In this document: in pieces, positions 1 to 13,861 of the stretch
How the letters are laid out: each line of letters opens with the position of its first letter
How positions within the stretch are numbered: the first letter of the stretch is position 1
Source: Bispira polyomma
Lineage: Eukaryota
Reading direction: 5' to 3'
Length of the DNA: 64,000 nt
Assembly (NCBI GenBank): GCA_965649765.1
Contig: OZ287748.1
Location: forward strand, 94,736,001 to 94,800,000
Program-made: the position numbers and the translations under genes
Notes under the pieces: generated by a model
The model's database searches: none
Told to the model about the DNA's origin: nothing
What the model saw: the letters and a program-made list of their open reading frames with translations, nothing else

Positions 1-6
1 AATAAT

Positions 7-360
7 AGCATTTAGTGACCTTTCTCTTGTCTATTTAAACTGTGTACAGAATTTGCACAGCCATATAGCACATAAACTATATTGTGTATAAAGAAACAAA
101 ATTAGGAATGTAAAAATGTAGTCAATACAATTTATTAATTTACTAAAAAGATACAGGCAATATCTAACATTTAGTGACATTTTTCTTGTTTTTTTTAAAA
201 CTGTCTCCAGAATTTACGTGGCCACATAGGACAAAAACTATATTTTATGTTAAACATAAAAAATGGAATATTTAAAGATATTATTGTGATATAAAATGAT
301 TATTAATTTATTACAAATATTGTAGATATATTAGCAATATTTAGCATTTAGTAACTCTTC
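7..360. repeat. Degenerate ~160-175 bp tandem repeat
   Basis: TAGCATTTAGTGAC-like heads recur at ~7, ~166 and ~342 with similar downstream AT-rich sequence. Confidence 0.55.
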
Positions 361-368
361 TATTGGTT

Positions 369-625
369 GACATGATTACCAAAACTAAAGCCAGTCAACT
401 ACTTCATCATACATCCAGTTGGAACAAACAAATCAACTTACAGCTGTGGCTTCCTATTTAAGTTCATCCATCAAAGGGTGGACATGATTACCAACACAAA
501 AGCCAGTTAAGCCATTTAATCACACATCCAGTTAGGTCAGAGAAATCAACATATTGTGGTGGCTTTCTATTTAATTTCATTCACCAAAGAATGGACATGA
601 TTACCAATGCTAAAGTTAGTTAAGC
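369..625. repeat. ~112 bp tandem repeat, ~2.3 copies
   Basis: GACATGATTACCAA...AAAGCCAGT...ACATCCAGTT...AAATCAAC...TGGCTT.CTATTTAA starts at 369, 481 and 594. Confidence 0.8.
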
Positions 626-914
626 GGATTAACCATTATATCAAGGTTTATTAAATTAATCACAGTTGTAGTCGTTACAAACAAATCAAGCTATACATGG
701 CTTCCCTTTATATCAAGGTTTATTAAATTAATATATAAAAATGCATTGTGAAAGGATAAGCTTATTGTGATATGACAGCAATGTAGAGCAGTTTTAATAG
801 AGAATTAGTCACAGAAACATACATTATAAATGTAATTGATGTAAATTCATCAGTAAAGAAAGCAAAATATTTTAAGGAACAAATAGGTATAAACATTCAA
901 AAATGAAATTTAAA

Positions 915-1435
915 CCTGAATTATTCTATCAAAAAGCACTTTTAAAAGAGAACCACACTCATAGAAAATACATTTGTACACATTATCAATGTAAATTTAT
1001 CAGTAAAACAAGCAAGAACTGGAACATTCAATAATGAACTTTAAACCTGTCATTACATTAAAAAAATAACATTGAATCATCGTCATGTGAATTTTTTTAT
1101 TATACAATTCACACATTTACAATCTCATCTTAAGTTTTCCATTTTAATCCAATCTTAAGATTAGCTAGTTTTCCTGGCCAATCTTAAGTGGAGCTAGCCT
1201 GAATTATTCTATCAAAAAGCACTTTTAAAAGAGAACCACACTCATAGAAAATATACATTATCAATGTAAATTTATCAGTAAAACAAGCAATAACTAGAAT
1301 ATTCAATAATGAACTTTAAACCTGTCATTACATTAAAAAAATAACATTGAATCATCTTAAGATAGGCTACCAAACTTAGTATCCTAGATTGGACTATAGC
1401 CCATCTTAAGATTGGCCAAATAGGAAATTGGGCTC
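915..1435. repeat. ~160 bp direct duplication (915-1081, 1198-1356); second copy sits inside an ATCTTAAGAT-rich inverted-repeat (MITE-like) remnant
   Basis: CCTGAATTATTCTATCAAAAAGCAC...AACATTGAATCATC occurs twice; TGGCCAATCTTAAG (1175) and CTTAAGATTGGCCA (1405-1418) are inverted and flank copy 2. Confidence 0.7.
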
Positions 1436-3074
1436 CAACAGCACTACTGACTTAGAAACAAGGTTGATATATGGTTGTCGACATTGAACAACAACAAAAA
1501 GACCAGAAACCAACATTTTAAAATGAAAGTCTTTGTTCAAAATAACTAAAAATAACTGCCTGATTAAACTTGTTTGCGATATTCTTTTTTTGTGTCATAG
1601 ATGTACTAATTAGGCATTTATTAGTACGGCTGTTTTTATCAGTTGATTGTTTCTCAGGAAAAATATATGAGGCCACAACTTGATCATTTTGGTTTTCATT
1701 TTGATGTTTCGACAAAAATTAATGATATGTCAAAATTAAAATAAAATAAAATTGCTAAAAATCGCACGTATATGTTGATGAACATGCTTTAGCCTTATAT
1801 AATTTTTATTATATAATAATAGTAATTACCAATGGAGTGGATCTTAACTTTGTATTTTAAAAAATATTTACTAATTTTATTACATATATCACCTTTTTCA
1901 CAGAATACTTTGTCCTAGTAGTGAGACTTTTTGTCTGAATTTTTTTTGTCTGGTTTCCTTTTGTCTTTGTAATTTTCAGTTTGATAAGCACACCTTCACT
2001 CTCCAAAATTTTTGTTTCCTATTGATATATACTAAAAAGCATCTTGTATTTTATTAACCTTTGATTCTAGTATCTAAACAAAACCTGCCTCTTTCAATAT
2101 GTTTGGATAACAAGCTTAAATTTAACTTTATAGCAAGTTAACTAAAAAAAATGTCATCACTAGTTGTTCTTGGTGGGAAAACTACTCTTAATTTATGTAA
2201 CAGTTAATTCTGTATTTTCAGTGGCAATTCAACATTCAATTTGGAGACCATTTGTAAAACAGTTACAGTTACTAGTAAAAATGGGGCCAAAAAATATTTT
2301 TTGAATGTTTAACTCCTGTCAATAACTTATCAAAATGTAAAAACGAGTTATAATTGAAACATATATATATAATTACATTACATTGGAATTGTAAACCCAT
2401 ATAACTGTGAGAGGGAACAAAACGTTTCTATTTTATTATCTTTGTTCATGAAATCAATACAGCATTTTAACATTTGACTAAAAGAGGAAGTATGATAATT
2501 TTGGAAAATAAATCAGTACAAAACAGAGAAAAAATAGAATCTACCACTTTCTATACTTTTCCATAATAGAATTCCACACAACACAACATCAGCATGTAAT
2601 TAGGAGTAAATCCGTAACTAATGCAAAATCACAAGTAAAACCCTATTTAATTTATATAAAACCCTATTTAATTTTTTTTTAAACCTCACAATTGTATACA
2701 AATACAGGCAGCAGTAAAATGGTTTATTTTGGTCATATGTCACATCCAGATGTGGTTGGCTTAATTAAATTGGCACATAAACGAACAGTGCTACAGTGTA
2801 TGTGTGTGTTAGGATATTCAATGCAGAATTCTGTGTTATGAAGATCAAGGGTTGCCAACAGTAGTTTTACTTACCTTAAAGTATGTTCTTTTGCTAATAT
2901 ATGCTTACATTTGTTGTATACCGAGTACTGTATATTGTTTTAATCTGGCGAGGACTTAATTAATTGTTTTAATACATACACTAAGACATACTATAGTGTT
3001 AATTGGACTTTACTACAGTGTTAGTTGGACTTTCATCAAAAGAAAACAAATAGATACATCATAGGTTAACCATC

Positions 3075-3538
3075 AGGCGTTGATGAAACAAAATATTAAA
3101 TCAGTGTAAAGTTAAACTGGTATTGACTTGAATTCAACATGAAATGCTTATTATTTCAATCTTAATCCAATGCAATTTCAACCAAAACTAAACATGGTTT
3201 TTGACCTGAAATTAACATAATTTCCACCTTGAATCAACATGGTTTCAACAAGAAATCAACATCATTTCCACCTGAAATAAACTTAATTTCCTCATGAAAT
3301 CAACGTCATTCTAACCTAAAATCAACATGGTTTCAAACCTGAAAACAACATAATTATTTTAACCTGAAATTAATATGGTTTCAACGGCGTTTAAATCTGG
3401 AATCAACATGGTTTCAATTTGAAATCAAAGTCAGAAATCAAACCAGAAATCAAAGTCGGACACTGACTACCATTTGCATTTTCAACCTGAAACCAACAGT
3501 GACTTCACCGTTTGATTCACGTTGATGTGCCAACTGGT
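3075..3538. mobile_element. Internally repetitive non-autonomous DNA-element remnant (array of ~21 bp AAATCAACATGGTTTCAACC-like units)
   Basis: Many degenerate AATCAAC..GGTTTCAA units ending in GTTGATGTGCCAACTGG; only one putative terminus is visible. Confidence 0.45.
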
Positions 3539-4660
3539 ATGCCACGTATATGCAGGTGACAGACAGGTATATATATAGAGCCCTAACTCCAAACAACATC
3601 GCAATTTATTTTCTGACATTTCAGGAATGCCTTACGGATATACAACCTTGCATGTTTTTTAAAACAAGCCTAAAGGAAAATCCAAAATTAATAATAATAT
3701 AATAATCCTTAATAAACCATAAATTTACCAACCAACACTGTGGTCTTCTTCAGATTGAGAATTTTGTGTTAGTCTCCACGACAACTACCCTAAGTTAGTC
3801 TAGCTGGCTGATACTGTTAAAAACCTGTGTGGCACTTTTGATGCCAGATTGTTTCTCTCAGTACATATTTCGGACAACTAAAAATAAGTTTGGTACCACA
3901 TTACAAATCTTCGTCAAACGTTCCAACTGCTACAGTATAGTAGTTACATCAACTATTCTAAAAAAAAACAAACATGATAATTAAATGCTTTACTCTGGTG
4001 ACACACTAAATAAGATTGTTTTTATGCAATGTAATGTCTTTTTTTAAAGTATTTTTTTAAGCATTTTTTTTTATGCAATTGTATTTGTGATGTTTCTATG
4101 GTGAATGTGTATAATATGGCTATTGCATATGTATTTGGTTATCGTCCATGAATAATGTATGTAATGTTATTTCTATAGTGACTTTTGTAATAGTAATTGT
4201 AATGTGTTTCCTGTGCATGTGTATAATATGTCAACTGATTACCCACTCCACTGAATTTGAGTAGTAATAGGTTAATTTTGTATTGTCTTTTGTCATTGTA
4301 CAAGTATTTGTTTACTCTCTATGGGAATAATGTAAAACCAAAAAATTATAAAAAAATATGAAGAAAAACTGTTTTAACTCCGGTGTTTGGTGTATCTCAG
4401 TTTCATCTAAACAAGCTTCAGTCAGTTCAAAACGCATGGTAGAAGGTCCTTAATTCCCATAGGTTTACAAAAACAACTCAACAATTATAAACTTTACACT
4501 GGCTTTCTATCTTAGGAAGAATAACCTATCCAAACCGTAAAAAATGTTAAAACTAAAATAATATTTAATTTTTTCAGTGTAGACTCAATGTATTGTTATA
4601 TTTTTGATATTGTTGCTGTCAAATATCTATGTCCTCACACTTTATTTCTAGATTATTAAC

Positions 4661-5403
4661 CTGGGAGTTACTTTTGACTTTGACTTCTCCTTCAAAAAAT
4701 ATGTCTCAAATATTTGTCGTTCCTGCTACAGCAACATCCGTGACTTTCACAGGATTTGACGACATTTAACCCAAGAAAATGCCATTGCAGTGGCAAATGC
4801 CATGGTATCTAGTCGACTAGATTACTGTAACTCACTACTATATAGAATTGGAAAGGGCCAAATAAACAAACTACAGAAAATACAAAATAACCTGTGCAAA
4901 ATAATAAGCCATACTGGCCCTCGCACTCACACTACTCCCCTGCTGAAACAATTACAGTGGTTACCTATTGAGTTTCGTATTAAATTTAAGGTAATTGTCC
5001 TCATTTTTAAGACAGTTCATGTACATCAACCTGCCTATTTATCTTCTATGCTGTCTCTTAGCAATCTCACCAGAGGTAATTGTCTCTCCACCTCTGGTTT
5101 CCCACCAAAAGAACAAGCTGGTTCAAAATCATTCTTAGTTGCAGAACCTGCTGAATGGAATAGCCTTCATACCAGTCTTCGGACTGAGACAAGCATCATG
5201 GGTTTCAGAAAAAGGCTCAAAACACATTTGTATCAGCTCGCTTTTCCACCCTAGCATGCATCTGATGGTCATGACTGAATCTCTGATCATGAACTTTTTT
5301 CCGTCAACCGGACTATGCTCTTGCACACTTACTAGGATATGCACCACAGAGGATGCCTGGTCATCGATTGTGGCGCTATAGAAGTAAAAATATTAACATT
5401 AAC
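4661..5403 (+). mobile_element. 5'-truncated L2/CR1-group LINE (C-terminal ORF2 plus 3' UTR with (AACATT)n tail)
   Basis: ORF 4790-5254 has SRLDYCNSLL...HTTPLLKQLQWLPIEFRIKFK...WNSL...FRKRLKTHL, the typical L2/CR1 ORF2 C-terminus; 9-bp TSD ATTATTAAC at 4652-4660 and 5404-5412. Confidence 0.9.
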
Positions 5404-7875
5404 ATTATTAACAAGTGAGCCACAATATTTTTCTGTAAAAATGATGTGTCGATAAGACATTGTTTTCCTAATTTTGTATTGCAATACATGTATTGAAAAG
5501 ATATATTGGGATATATTGAGTTTTCAATATATTGTTACACCCTTGGTATATATACCTACTGTGACAAATATAGTAGGCATACATAGTATATATATATATA
5601 TATATAGCTTAGATTTACATAAAGTAGATATTTGTTTGTGTAAACCTAACTAGAAAGTATTAAGTCTTTTGCAATAAATCACTATCTTTTATTAAAAAGA
5701 AAACCCCCTCAAAACAACGGGTAGCTGAGACCTTAAATTTTTCCAAGCCCCAAATTTGATAAAAGGGCTTATAAAAGTCACAGAGGCCCAAGGTTGTGGG
5801 ATTCCCTTCCTCTAGATATCAGTATCAGTCCATACACATCTCAGTTTTCCGAAAAAAGATTGACAATGTTTCTCATTATTCAAACATTGATATATACAAA
5901 TAAATTTAAAAATCTTTTAATTTAAACAATACATGTAGTCCTCATTTGTCCACAAAAAAACTTTGTCTAAGGAATTTATAGTCTAACTTGCATTATACCT
6001 CTTACTATGTCAATTATACTGGAGTGGTAATATGGATTTTTAATGTACTCAATCTATGTCAGGCATGTATTACTGAAATTATACATCATTGGCAATGAGG
6101 CAAAATAGATAGTCCTACAACACAGCATAGGTTGTCATATGTCGTCAGTGATGTGATCACATAAGATTAACATGTGGTACATCATAGAAAAATAAGAGTA
6201 TTTTAATTTAATTTAATAAGTTATGCAGTCATATTTATATAGTCACAAATCTATCAAATTCTTGAATTGGTCATAAAAGATGTAGATTGAAATGCTATCT
6301 AGAAAAAAACCCCAATTATATAGGTGTTCCTGAAGTAATAAGAAAGTACAGCGGTCCATGAAGACTAATCATGCCGATTAGTCCAAAAGAACTAGCACGC
6401 TTATATGTAGAAAGTATCTGGAAAAAGGAAAGGGATTTTTTGAGTAACATTAACTACACAAACATAATTGTATAGGTATTTTGAAGGACACATGAGCTCA
6501 CCAGTGGGCTGGGTAACATTTATTTTGCTATTTTGTATTTCACATATCAATGTAAAGTTTGTTTCTGGGGGGACAGCGATTTACGGAAATTTGACAAATA
6601 TAAGCAAAAGGAAACAATGTTAAGGCAATTTACTGGTAATTTGTGGAGGTCATTCCATTGCATACAAATCTGACTTGTATCCAGATACATTAAAATACTT
6701 CTGATGAATTTTAACCACAAGTTAGAAACCAAAGTCACTGGGTAATATTGATATTCAAACAATAGTAAATATTTAGATTAAAATATTACCTATAAGTTTT
6801 ATTAACAATAATAATTATGTTATAAAATAGTTTATGTGAACGATAGATAATATGAGAAACAGAAAAGAAACAGCAATACAGCCCAATAGCCAATTATTAG
6901 TACCGTCTAATCATCAACCTAAAATTTTGGGCAGTACCACTGTTTATTTAGCTGTGTTGGTACTTTAAATTCATTTAAAATTTATTTAGGCAGACAATAA
7001 TCTATATATTTGTGGTGTAGGCATGTGTATGTTATCTGGATATTATAATGCGAAAATAATTCCTTTAAAATTAATTTCATACAGTGATTGGGTGTAATAA
7101 CCATATTTTTGGCGAAATGCTGTCCACCACAAATTGCTGTCCCCCTGTACATGTCACTATGATAAATATAATATATATATATATCATCGTTTCCTTGGCC
7201 ATATCTATTCTGGGGTGTAGTACTGATGGTCATGTCTTCATAATAATATATTATGAAGTATGAAGATAATTGGAAAGGCCCCAGTGTCTACTGGCTGAGT
7301 TAGAGACAAACAACCTTATTTAACCGATTAGAAATATAACACGTGTCTGGAAATGATATCCAGTTTAATATCGTAATAAATATGCTAACCTAAATTTACA
7401 TTTAATCATGTTACATAAATCTTTAAATTTATACTTAAAATCAATGTGTTAATGTGATATATATGCCACTATGAAAATACAGCTTCTTATGTGAATAAGA
7501 AAATGATCATCACCTAACACTTATGTTATCCGATGCACTGTAAATAGTCTCTGCCCGGCTTAGAGTCCAACTATATTAAAGTATTAATGCTAAACAATTG
7601 ACACTTCACCCACTATATATATATATCTTCTATGGTACTATTAAAGCTCCTTAAATTGGAATGGATTTTATGGTATTTTAAAACATTTTTTTCTAGAAGG
7701 GCCACTAAACTTACAACCAAACCAGTGGTTAAATAGCCCTCACTTTTATGTAGAACACACCTTTTAGTTTGTGTAGAAACAAAGAAATTACAATATTTGA
7801 CACATCAAAGGATGTCACAAATTGGAGATACATTTTTTATAATCACTATATATGATATGTAATAGTTGACATTTT

Positions 7876-8440
7876 GTGCAAGCATATGTACAGAATAAAA
7901 AACAGTTTAACATAAATGGAATAAACTTTGATTCTATGAATGTGTTATGTTGTGTACCTCAGGGCTCCATTTTGGGACCCAAACTGTTCATATGGTACAT
8001 TAATGATATCTGTAATGTGTCTAAATTGTTAAATTTTATTTTATTTGCCGATGACCCCTTGATTGCACTGCAAAAAAGGGTTGTGTGAATTATTTGTAAA
8101 TTTGGATATAAGGCCCACACTTCAAGCCTTTTTAAAAGTATAAATTTACTGAAATTTAACAATTTAATTAATTTGATAAAAATATGTGTGATAATGGACA
8201 AGACCAAAAATAAGCCACTTCCACAAAGTATTCAGATGTTTTTGAAGAAAATTCAAACAATGTATATCAGACAAGGCAAAAACACAAATTCAATGTTAAA
8301 TATGTGAGAACTTCAGCAAACACCCAATGGTTGTCTGTCTATGGTGTAAGTTATGGAACAACCTAGATGACAATATTTCCAATTGTACCACTTTATCAAG
8401 ATTCAAAATAATTTACAAAAATAGCCTAACAAGTAAATAT
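7876..8440 (+). mobile_element. Internally deleted non-LTR retrotransposon RT fragment (CR1-group-like)
   Basis: VPQGSILGPKLFIWYINDI...ILFADD RT motifs, then a jump to LQKRVV and a degenerate C-terminal region. Confidence 0.8.
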
Positions 8441-10014
8441 TAACACCTGCAATTATTTTTATTGTTCATGAAAGTCTTTAATACTCAAATTATTTATATT
8501 AACTGTTGTTTTTTCTGTAGTTTTTTTTTGTTTTGTATTTGATTTGTTTTTGAGCTGTTTTTTTTATTGAGGGAACATAAGTAAGTACACATTACAATAA
8601 TAATGGAAGTTAACAAGACAAGTGATTTTTATATTGTATGTCAAAGGTGAATAGGGTAGCCTCTCTATAAGCTTCACCGCTATCCTTTCAGCATAAATTA
8701 TTGATTTGTATTCTGATAATAATATTGTAAACGTATATTATTGTAAATAATATGATGAATAAACTGTTTCCAATCCAAAGCTGCAGCTTGTACAACTTAG
8801 CCGTGCAACTTACTTGTACTGAATTGGGTCACATAATCAACCCAACCAAGTTCTGTTGCAGATTAAAAACATATTTGTTTAATGATGCATTTCTTCCATA
8901 GCTGTCTTCCGGATATATTTCCGATGGATTTTTGAAGTTGATTCTTTTAGTTTCATGAAATATGATATTTGGGTTCTGACTATGATTTAACCTAACACTC
9001 TGGAATGCAAAAATAATAAAAAATAAACCCCAATTTTTTTGACAAAAATCATCAAATAATTGTTATCTAAGCCCCATTTATATTGGGACAAAGGATGTGG
9101 CAATCAGGAAAACGTCTTAGTTTTTGTGTGCTTATGTGTTTGATATTATAAAAGCTACAATTCTGACTTTCCATGAACACACTAGTGTAATGCTAAATGT
9201 TCTTCCTGTGATGGTTATAAAATTTTGACTTTCTGTTTTGTAAGTCTTGTTATTACTAAACTGATATCAGCCCTGGGCTGTCAGTAAATAAAGATGGAAA
9301 TGGTGTTTGTGTTCCACTGCTAGTTTTATCTTAAATTGTTAATAGATGTAAAATTTTGGGTAAATATCACCTTTATGCCACATTTATATGTTTTGATCAA
9401 ACCTTGAAGCTCTTTTTGTAAACATTACACCAAAGTAAAACAGTGAACCAACAGTGTTTTCAAATGAGAACAAATATTCCTGCAAGCATAACATCATAGC
9501 AAGAACATTAAAAATGGCAGTCCTGTCATTGGGTCGTATCTCCAGTGGCAGGCTAAAGAACCTTGGGAATGTTAATGAGATTTACAGTTATTTAAGTTGC
9601 CCAAGTGGTTTTATTAAATACTTTCACTTTTTTAGTTCAATAAATATGATCTATTTAACCCAAGGTCATAACCATGTTAGGATAATATAATATTTACCGT
9701 CCTATTTTGGGTATATAATACGTGCCATATAGGGCAAAAACTACCCCAAAACTAGTGCAACATTCGATGCTCACTGAGAATGAACAACTAGCAGTATGAA
9801 GTATGTAGGATAACCATGTAGTTACACCTTGTTAAAGCTGCTTGTACAAAAGGCAACTTGTACAAGTTAAGTGGTGTAAGGGCATTTGATACATAGTTAA
9901 AATTTTGCACCAAGGTCATACATTTTGTAATATTTTAAAAACGATAGATTCCAAATCAATAGAGCACTTTCATCTGATTGAAGAAACTTCAAGAAACATG
10001 TTCTTTGGGCCAAT

Positions 10015-10277
10015 GGTGGCCTAGTGGTTAGCAAGCATTGCGCTTCACAATAACTGGTCTCTCACCTCTGGAGATCGAACGGTCGCAATATCGCTTTCTG
10101 TCAATGTCTATGCGAGAAAGGTGGTAGTTCCTAAGCCGGAACTGCAAGCCGCTGGTTTTAGTGCAGAACCGTAACCAAATGTATGCATTGTTTCTTCCGG
10201 CGTTCCAACTATCTGTCCCAATATAACCGAATTAAAAGGTACTAGAGTGGACGTTAAATATCTAAATTAAAAAAATA
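10015..10277 (+). mobile_element. tRNA-derived SINE family 1, divergent copy
   Basis: Box A TGGCCTAGTGG; 3' end AAGGTACTAGAGTGGACGTTAAATATC shared with four other copies; TSD TGGGCCAAT at 10006-10014 and 10278-10286. Confidence 0.88.
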
Positions 10278-11234
10278 TGGGCCAATCTCCGGACCGCAAA
10301 GAGTGGATTTAATGTGAAGCCTTTTGGATACCAAGGTTAGGCAATTTAATGGTCTCACAGACTCAATGTCAATTTGCTGGAATGTGATATTAAATAGTCA
10401 CTAATTATCTTGTAGTTAAAGTTCTTGTTTGCACGTGACAACTTCAACAAATATTATATGACCAATGTTTTCCTTAAGAAAGATATTGCCTTCAAAGACT
10501 TTGAATTTGTGTGATCTGCAGTCATGTACAAATGTCTTTTGTTCATTTCAATCAGAGAAATACATACAATGCCTGTGCCTTGTCAGGCTAAAGAATGTTG
10601 TGTTTATGTGAATTGTTTTTAAATTTTAAGCTTATTGTGAGAAATTCCAAAATGAAAAAATAAAATATCAAGTGTAAAACATTATAGCCTTCACTCAATG
10701 GTTTTCAAATCCAAAGCTCAAAGGGTTAACAGATAGCTTAATTTCAAAAATTCAGGATGCACTGTTATTTTGTTGGTTGCTTGATTTGAGTTGCTATTGG
10801 TGTAAAAGATTTGTTCTTTTAAATAAGTTTGTACTAGTGACATACTCAGTATCCGACAGATACACGACTATGAAAGCTGGAACAGGCAAAACAGAAAGAT
10901 CAGATATCTGAATTTGGTTGATAACCAAGGAAAAACCTCTACTTATTTAACATTTCCATATATTGTTAACATATCAAAATTTCAACTATTAATTACAAAC
11001 TACTTTAATTTTAAATACAAGTTAACAGCCACAACATGTGAGGATTTGTTAGATGCAGAGTGGTAGTGCGGCTAACAGTACCACATCACCAACAACATAC
11101 AGACAAGTAACCATCAGTACTTAATGAAAATTGAAAACATAACACTAGTTGATTTACAATACAAATGAACAATGGCCAAACCATTTGCTTGTCCTTTTTG
11201 TTGCAGGCAGTGGAGATATATTCCAAACACAAAC

Positions 11235-13557
11235 TCAATCATCAAAACCTTTTAATACATTTCTTGAGGTTTCAAGCAGTTTTCTTGCATTATCCATTTC
11301 CTGGTGTTGTAATTTCAGTCGCTCTTTTAGCTTCTGAATACGTTCGGCAGGCTTTTCAGCTGAGAATTTGACAGGGGCTTCTTCAATCGAATCTTTTTCT
11401 TTGTAATTATTGTCTTCTTTTAGTCTTTCATGAAAGAAATAACCATTCTCTGAAAAAGAATCATCACTATGATTTTCTCCACTTATGACACTCTGAAAAA
11501 CTTGACACTTTTTGCCTTTAGACACAGCTAATGTTGGCAAAGATTCATTGTTTAGGTCAGGCATGTTAAGATTTAAACCTGAGTCCTTTGATCCATCCAC
11601 ATTAATGGTGTTAAGTACATCTCCATTTAATACCATAGGAGGCTGACTTGAATCAGTTGGAACAAGAAAGGTTCCTGCATTTGTTTTTATCATCAGGTAC
11701 TTACTTTTTGATAAATTGTCCTCTTGTAACAGACCCTTTTCATCTTGGCTCACCGTACTATTCATTGTTACACTTTCAGCAAAACTTTCTTTTGTATGTT
11801 TGCTTTCCGGCAACTGGCTTCCAGTTGAATGCAAATTTGCACTCTCACTATATGGAGCTATCCAGTGATTTTCGTCACTAACATGCTTGGGCAGGCTTTG
11901 TTTCAAGGATAAACCAGACTTTGTGGTTGACTTTTTGGCCACTGCAGCCCTTTCATTAGGAACTTTAAAACATTTATCACTAAGTCTTGTAATTACCACG
12001 GAACACCTTTTCAGTTCTGGATGTTCAGCTCGCAATTTGACAAAGATATCTCTGTGTTTCTTCTTTCGTATCCTTTTCACTTGATCTTTGCAGCCAACAC
12101 ATCCCGATTTGCAGCTATTAAAGCTCTCTATAGAAGAAGAGTGTCGCTTTGGTCGCTTGGGGGATATTATTTTAGTTGCATCATGGTTCAAGAGACCATA
12201 GTTAGGTCTAACACAAGCATCATGAATTTTTCTTATAACTGGTTCCTCTTCTTTCTCATTCCAACGAATCAAGTCCAATTCTGGAATTGATGGTTCCCAG
12301 TCAATCTCTTCAAATTTATTTTTAAGCTTTTTCTTCTTCTTGCGTTTGGAAACTGTGCCTTGAGAACCGCTTTTCTTGTGTGATTTCACTTTTGGAATAC
12401 CACCAAATAAACCTACCTGATCATTTTCAGACTTCAAATTATTTAGAAAATCAGATGGTTCTGAATACTTTAATACATCAGGGTCATTCTTAACTCTCAA
12501 CAAACTTTTAAGTGTTTCTCGACTCGACAAAACTGAACATTGTATAGCCTGTTCATGACTTGTAGGTTCAACAGGAACAAAATTGTCTTCTTTTAAAGAC
12601 TTAATTGAATCAATAGTAAACAGCTTTTCTGAAGACATGCTTGGAGCAGATGTGGTTATTGTTGAAGCTCCTGGACCTATATTTGTTACAGTTGGAGGTA
12701 ATGGAAATGTAACAAATGAATTTGCAGGAGCAGTTGCTGTGGGGGGATGAGACAGTATAACTATTTTGGGTGGTTTGGGTGAAAGAGAACCTCTGACTGA
12801 ATCAGGTGGCATTAATCTTTTTGCATTACTTTGTGTAGTGTTTACCATACTTTGCAGTGGCTCAGCAAATGTACTTGATGGCACAATGTTTATAGGACGA
12901 ATATTTCTCACTGCACTATTGGGTGGGGAAAGCTGTATTATCTTTCGTGTAACCCCTGATTTATCCACTGTAACCAGACGTGTTAATGCTGGTCGAGGTG
13001 TTTGTTCAAATAACTGTCCAACCAACATGCCCTTCTCATTTCGAAAAACCAAAGTTTTCTTATTACCAAGTTGAAGTGAAAACTTCTTTCCACCGGAAGT
13101 CTGTTGTGTAATCTGTTGTTTTACTGCATTCGATAAGCAAATCTTTTGTAAAGGTTTCTCAAGAGCATTCTGCAATGAGGGATTGCTTAATGAAACAGGT
13201 GTTGTCGAAGTAGAAGAAAGGTTTTGTTGTGGAGCTAAACTTTGTTGCGAAGAAACTTGTTGAGAACAGGCCTTTTGAAAGCAGATTTGAGGTGTAGTCA
13301 CTGTTGTGCAACTTTGTGTCATCATATTTGAAACAGATGTTGCGGAAATTGCAGAAGTATCCACTGTACTATGCTGACTTACTGTTGTACCTACAAGCAA
13401 ACTACCTTCTGCACCAACTCTATTTTGACTGAGAACCCCATTTGATACTGCTTCTTGAAAAGGTATCATCAGGTTTTTGACAACTCCATTTACATTGACA
13501 TTAACCATTTGATACAGGGATCCAGGTGATGGCAAATCAGGTTGTATTTCATTACTC
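11235..13557 (-). CDS. Large terminal coding exon of a nuclear protein with LRIF1-like features
   Basis: 766-aa open frame; acceptor TTGCAG at 13558-13563; N-terminal GSLYQMVNVNVNGVVKNLMIP, basic NLS KRKKKKKLK, CSVVITRL (PxVxL-like) and C-terminal coiled coil ERIQKLKERLKLQHQEMDNARK. The CDS is solid; the LRIF1 identity is tentative. Confidence 0.8.
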
Positions 13558-13730
13558 CTGCAACAGTAAAAAAATCATTATGTTGGTTAATCTCACTTTA
13601 GTTACATTAATAACCCAAAAAAGTTCAATGGAAGTCATTTTAGTAAGTTATGAACTACCCATCATAAAATGCTAAAAGTACATTAGAAAAATATAACACC
13701 TCATCACAGATTGTAACAATCGACTTTTAC

Positions 13731-13861
13731 CTTGATTCTGTAACTTCTGTAGAACTACTTTCACACTGAACTGAACTTTCGGGTGGCGATGAAATGGGTT
13801 CAATCAAAATTGGTTGTACATCCATATAATTTGGGAATAAACTACTCTGTCCATGCTCCAT
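13731..13861 (-). CDS. First coding exon portion of the same gene (MEHGQSSLFPNYMDVQPILIEP...)
   Basis: Exon 13901-13731 is bounded by TTTCAG and AG|GTAAAA; its 2-nt overhang matches the 1-nt overhang of the next exon (joined CDS 2454 nt, 817 aa); an in-frame stop precedes the ATG at 13861. Confidence 0.75.

Noticed and set aside
3075-3538. CRISPR-like array
   Set aside because: Eukaryotic context, degenerate contiguous units with no unique spacers and no cas genes.
11648-13074. Plus-strand ORFs opposite the large exon
   Set aside because: Antisense shadows of the 766-aa frame.
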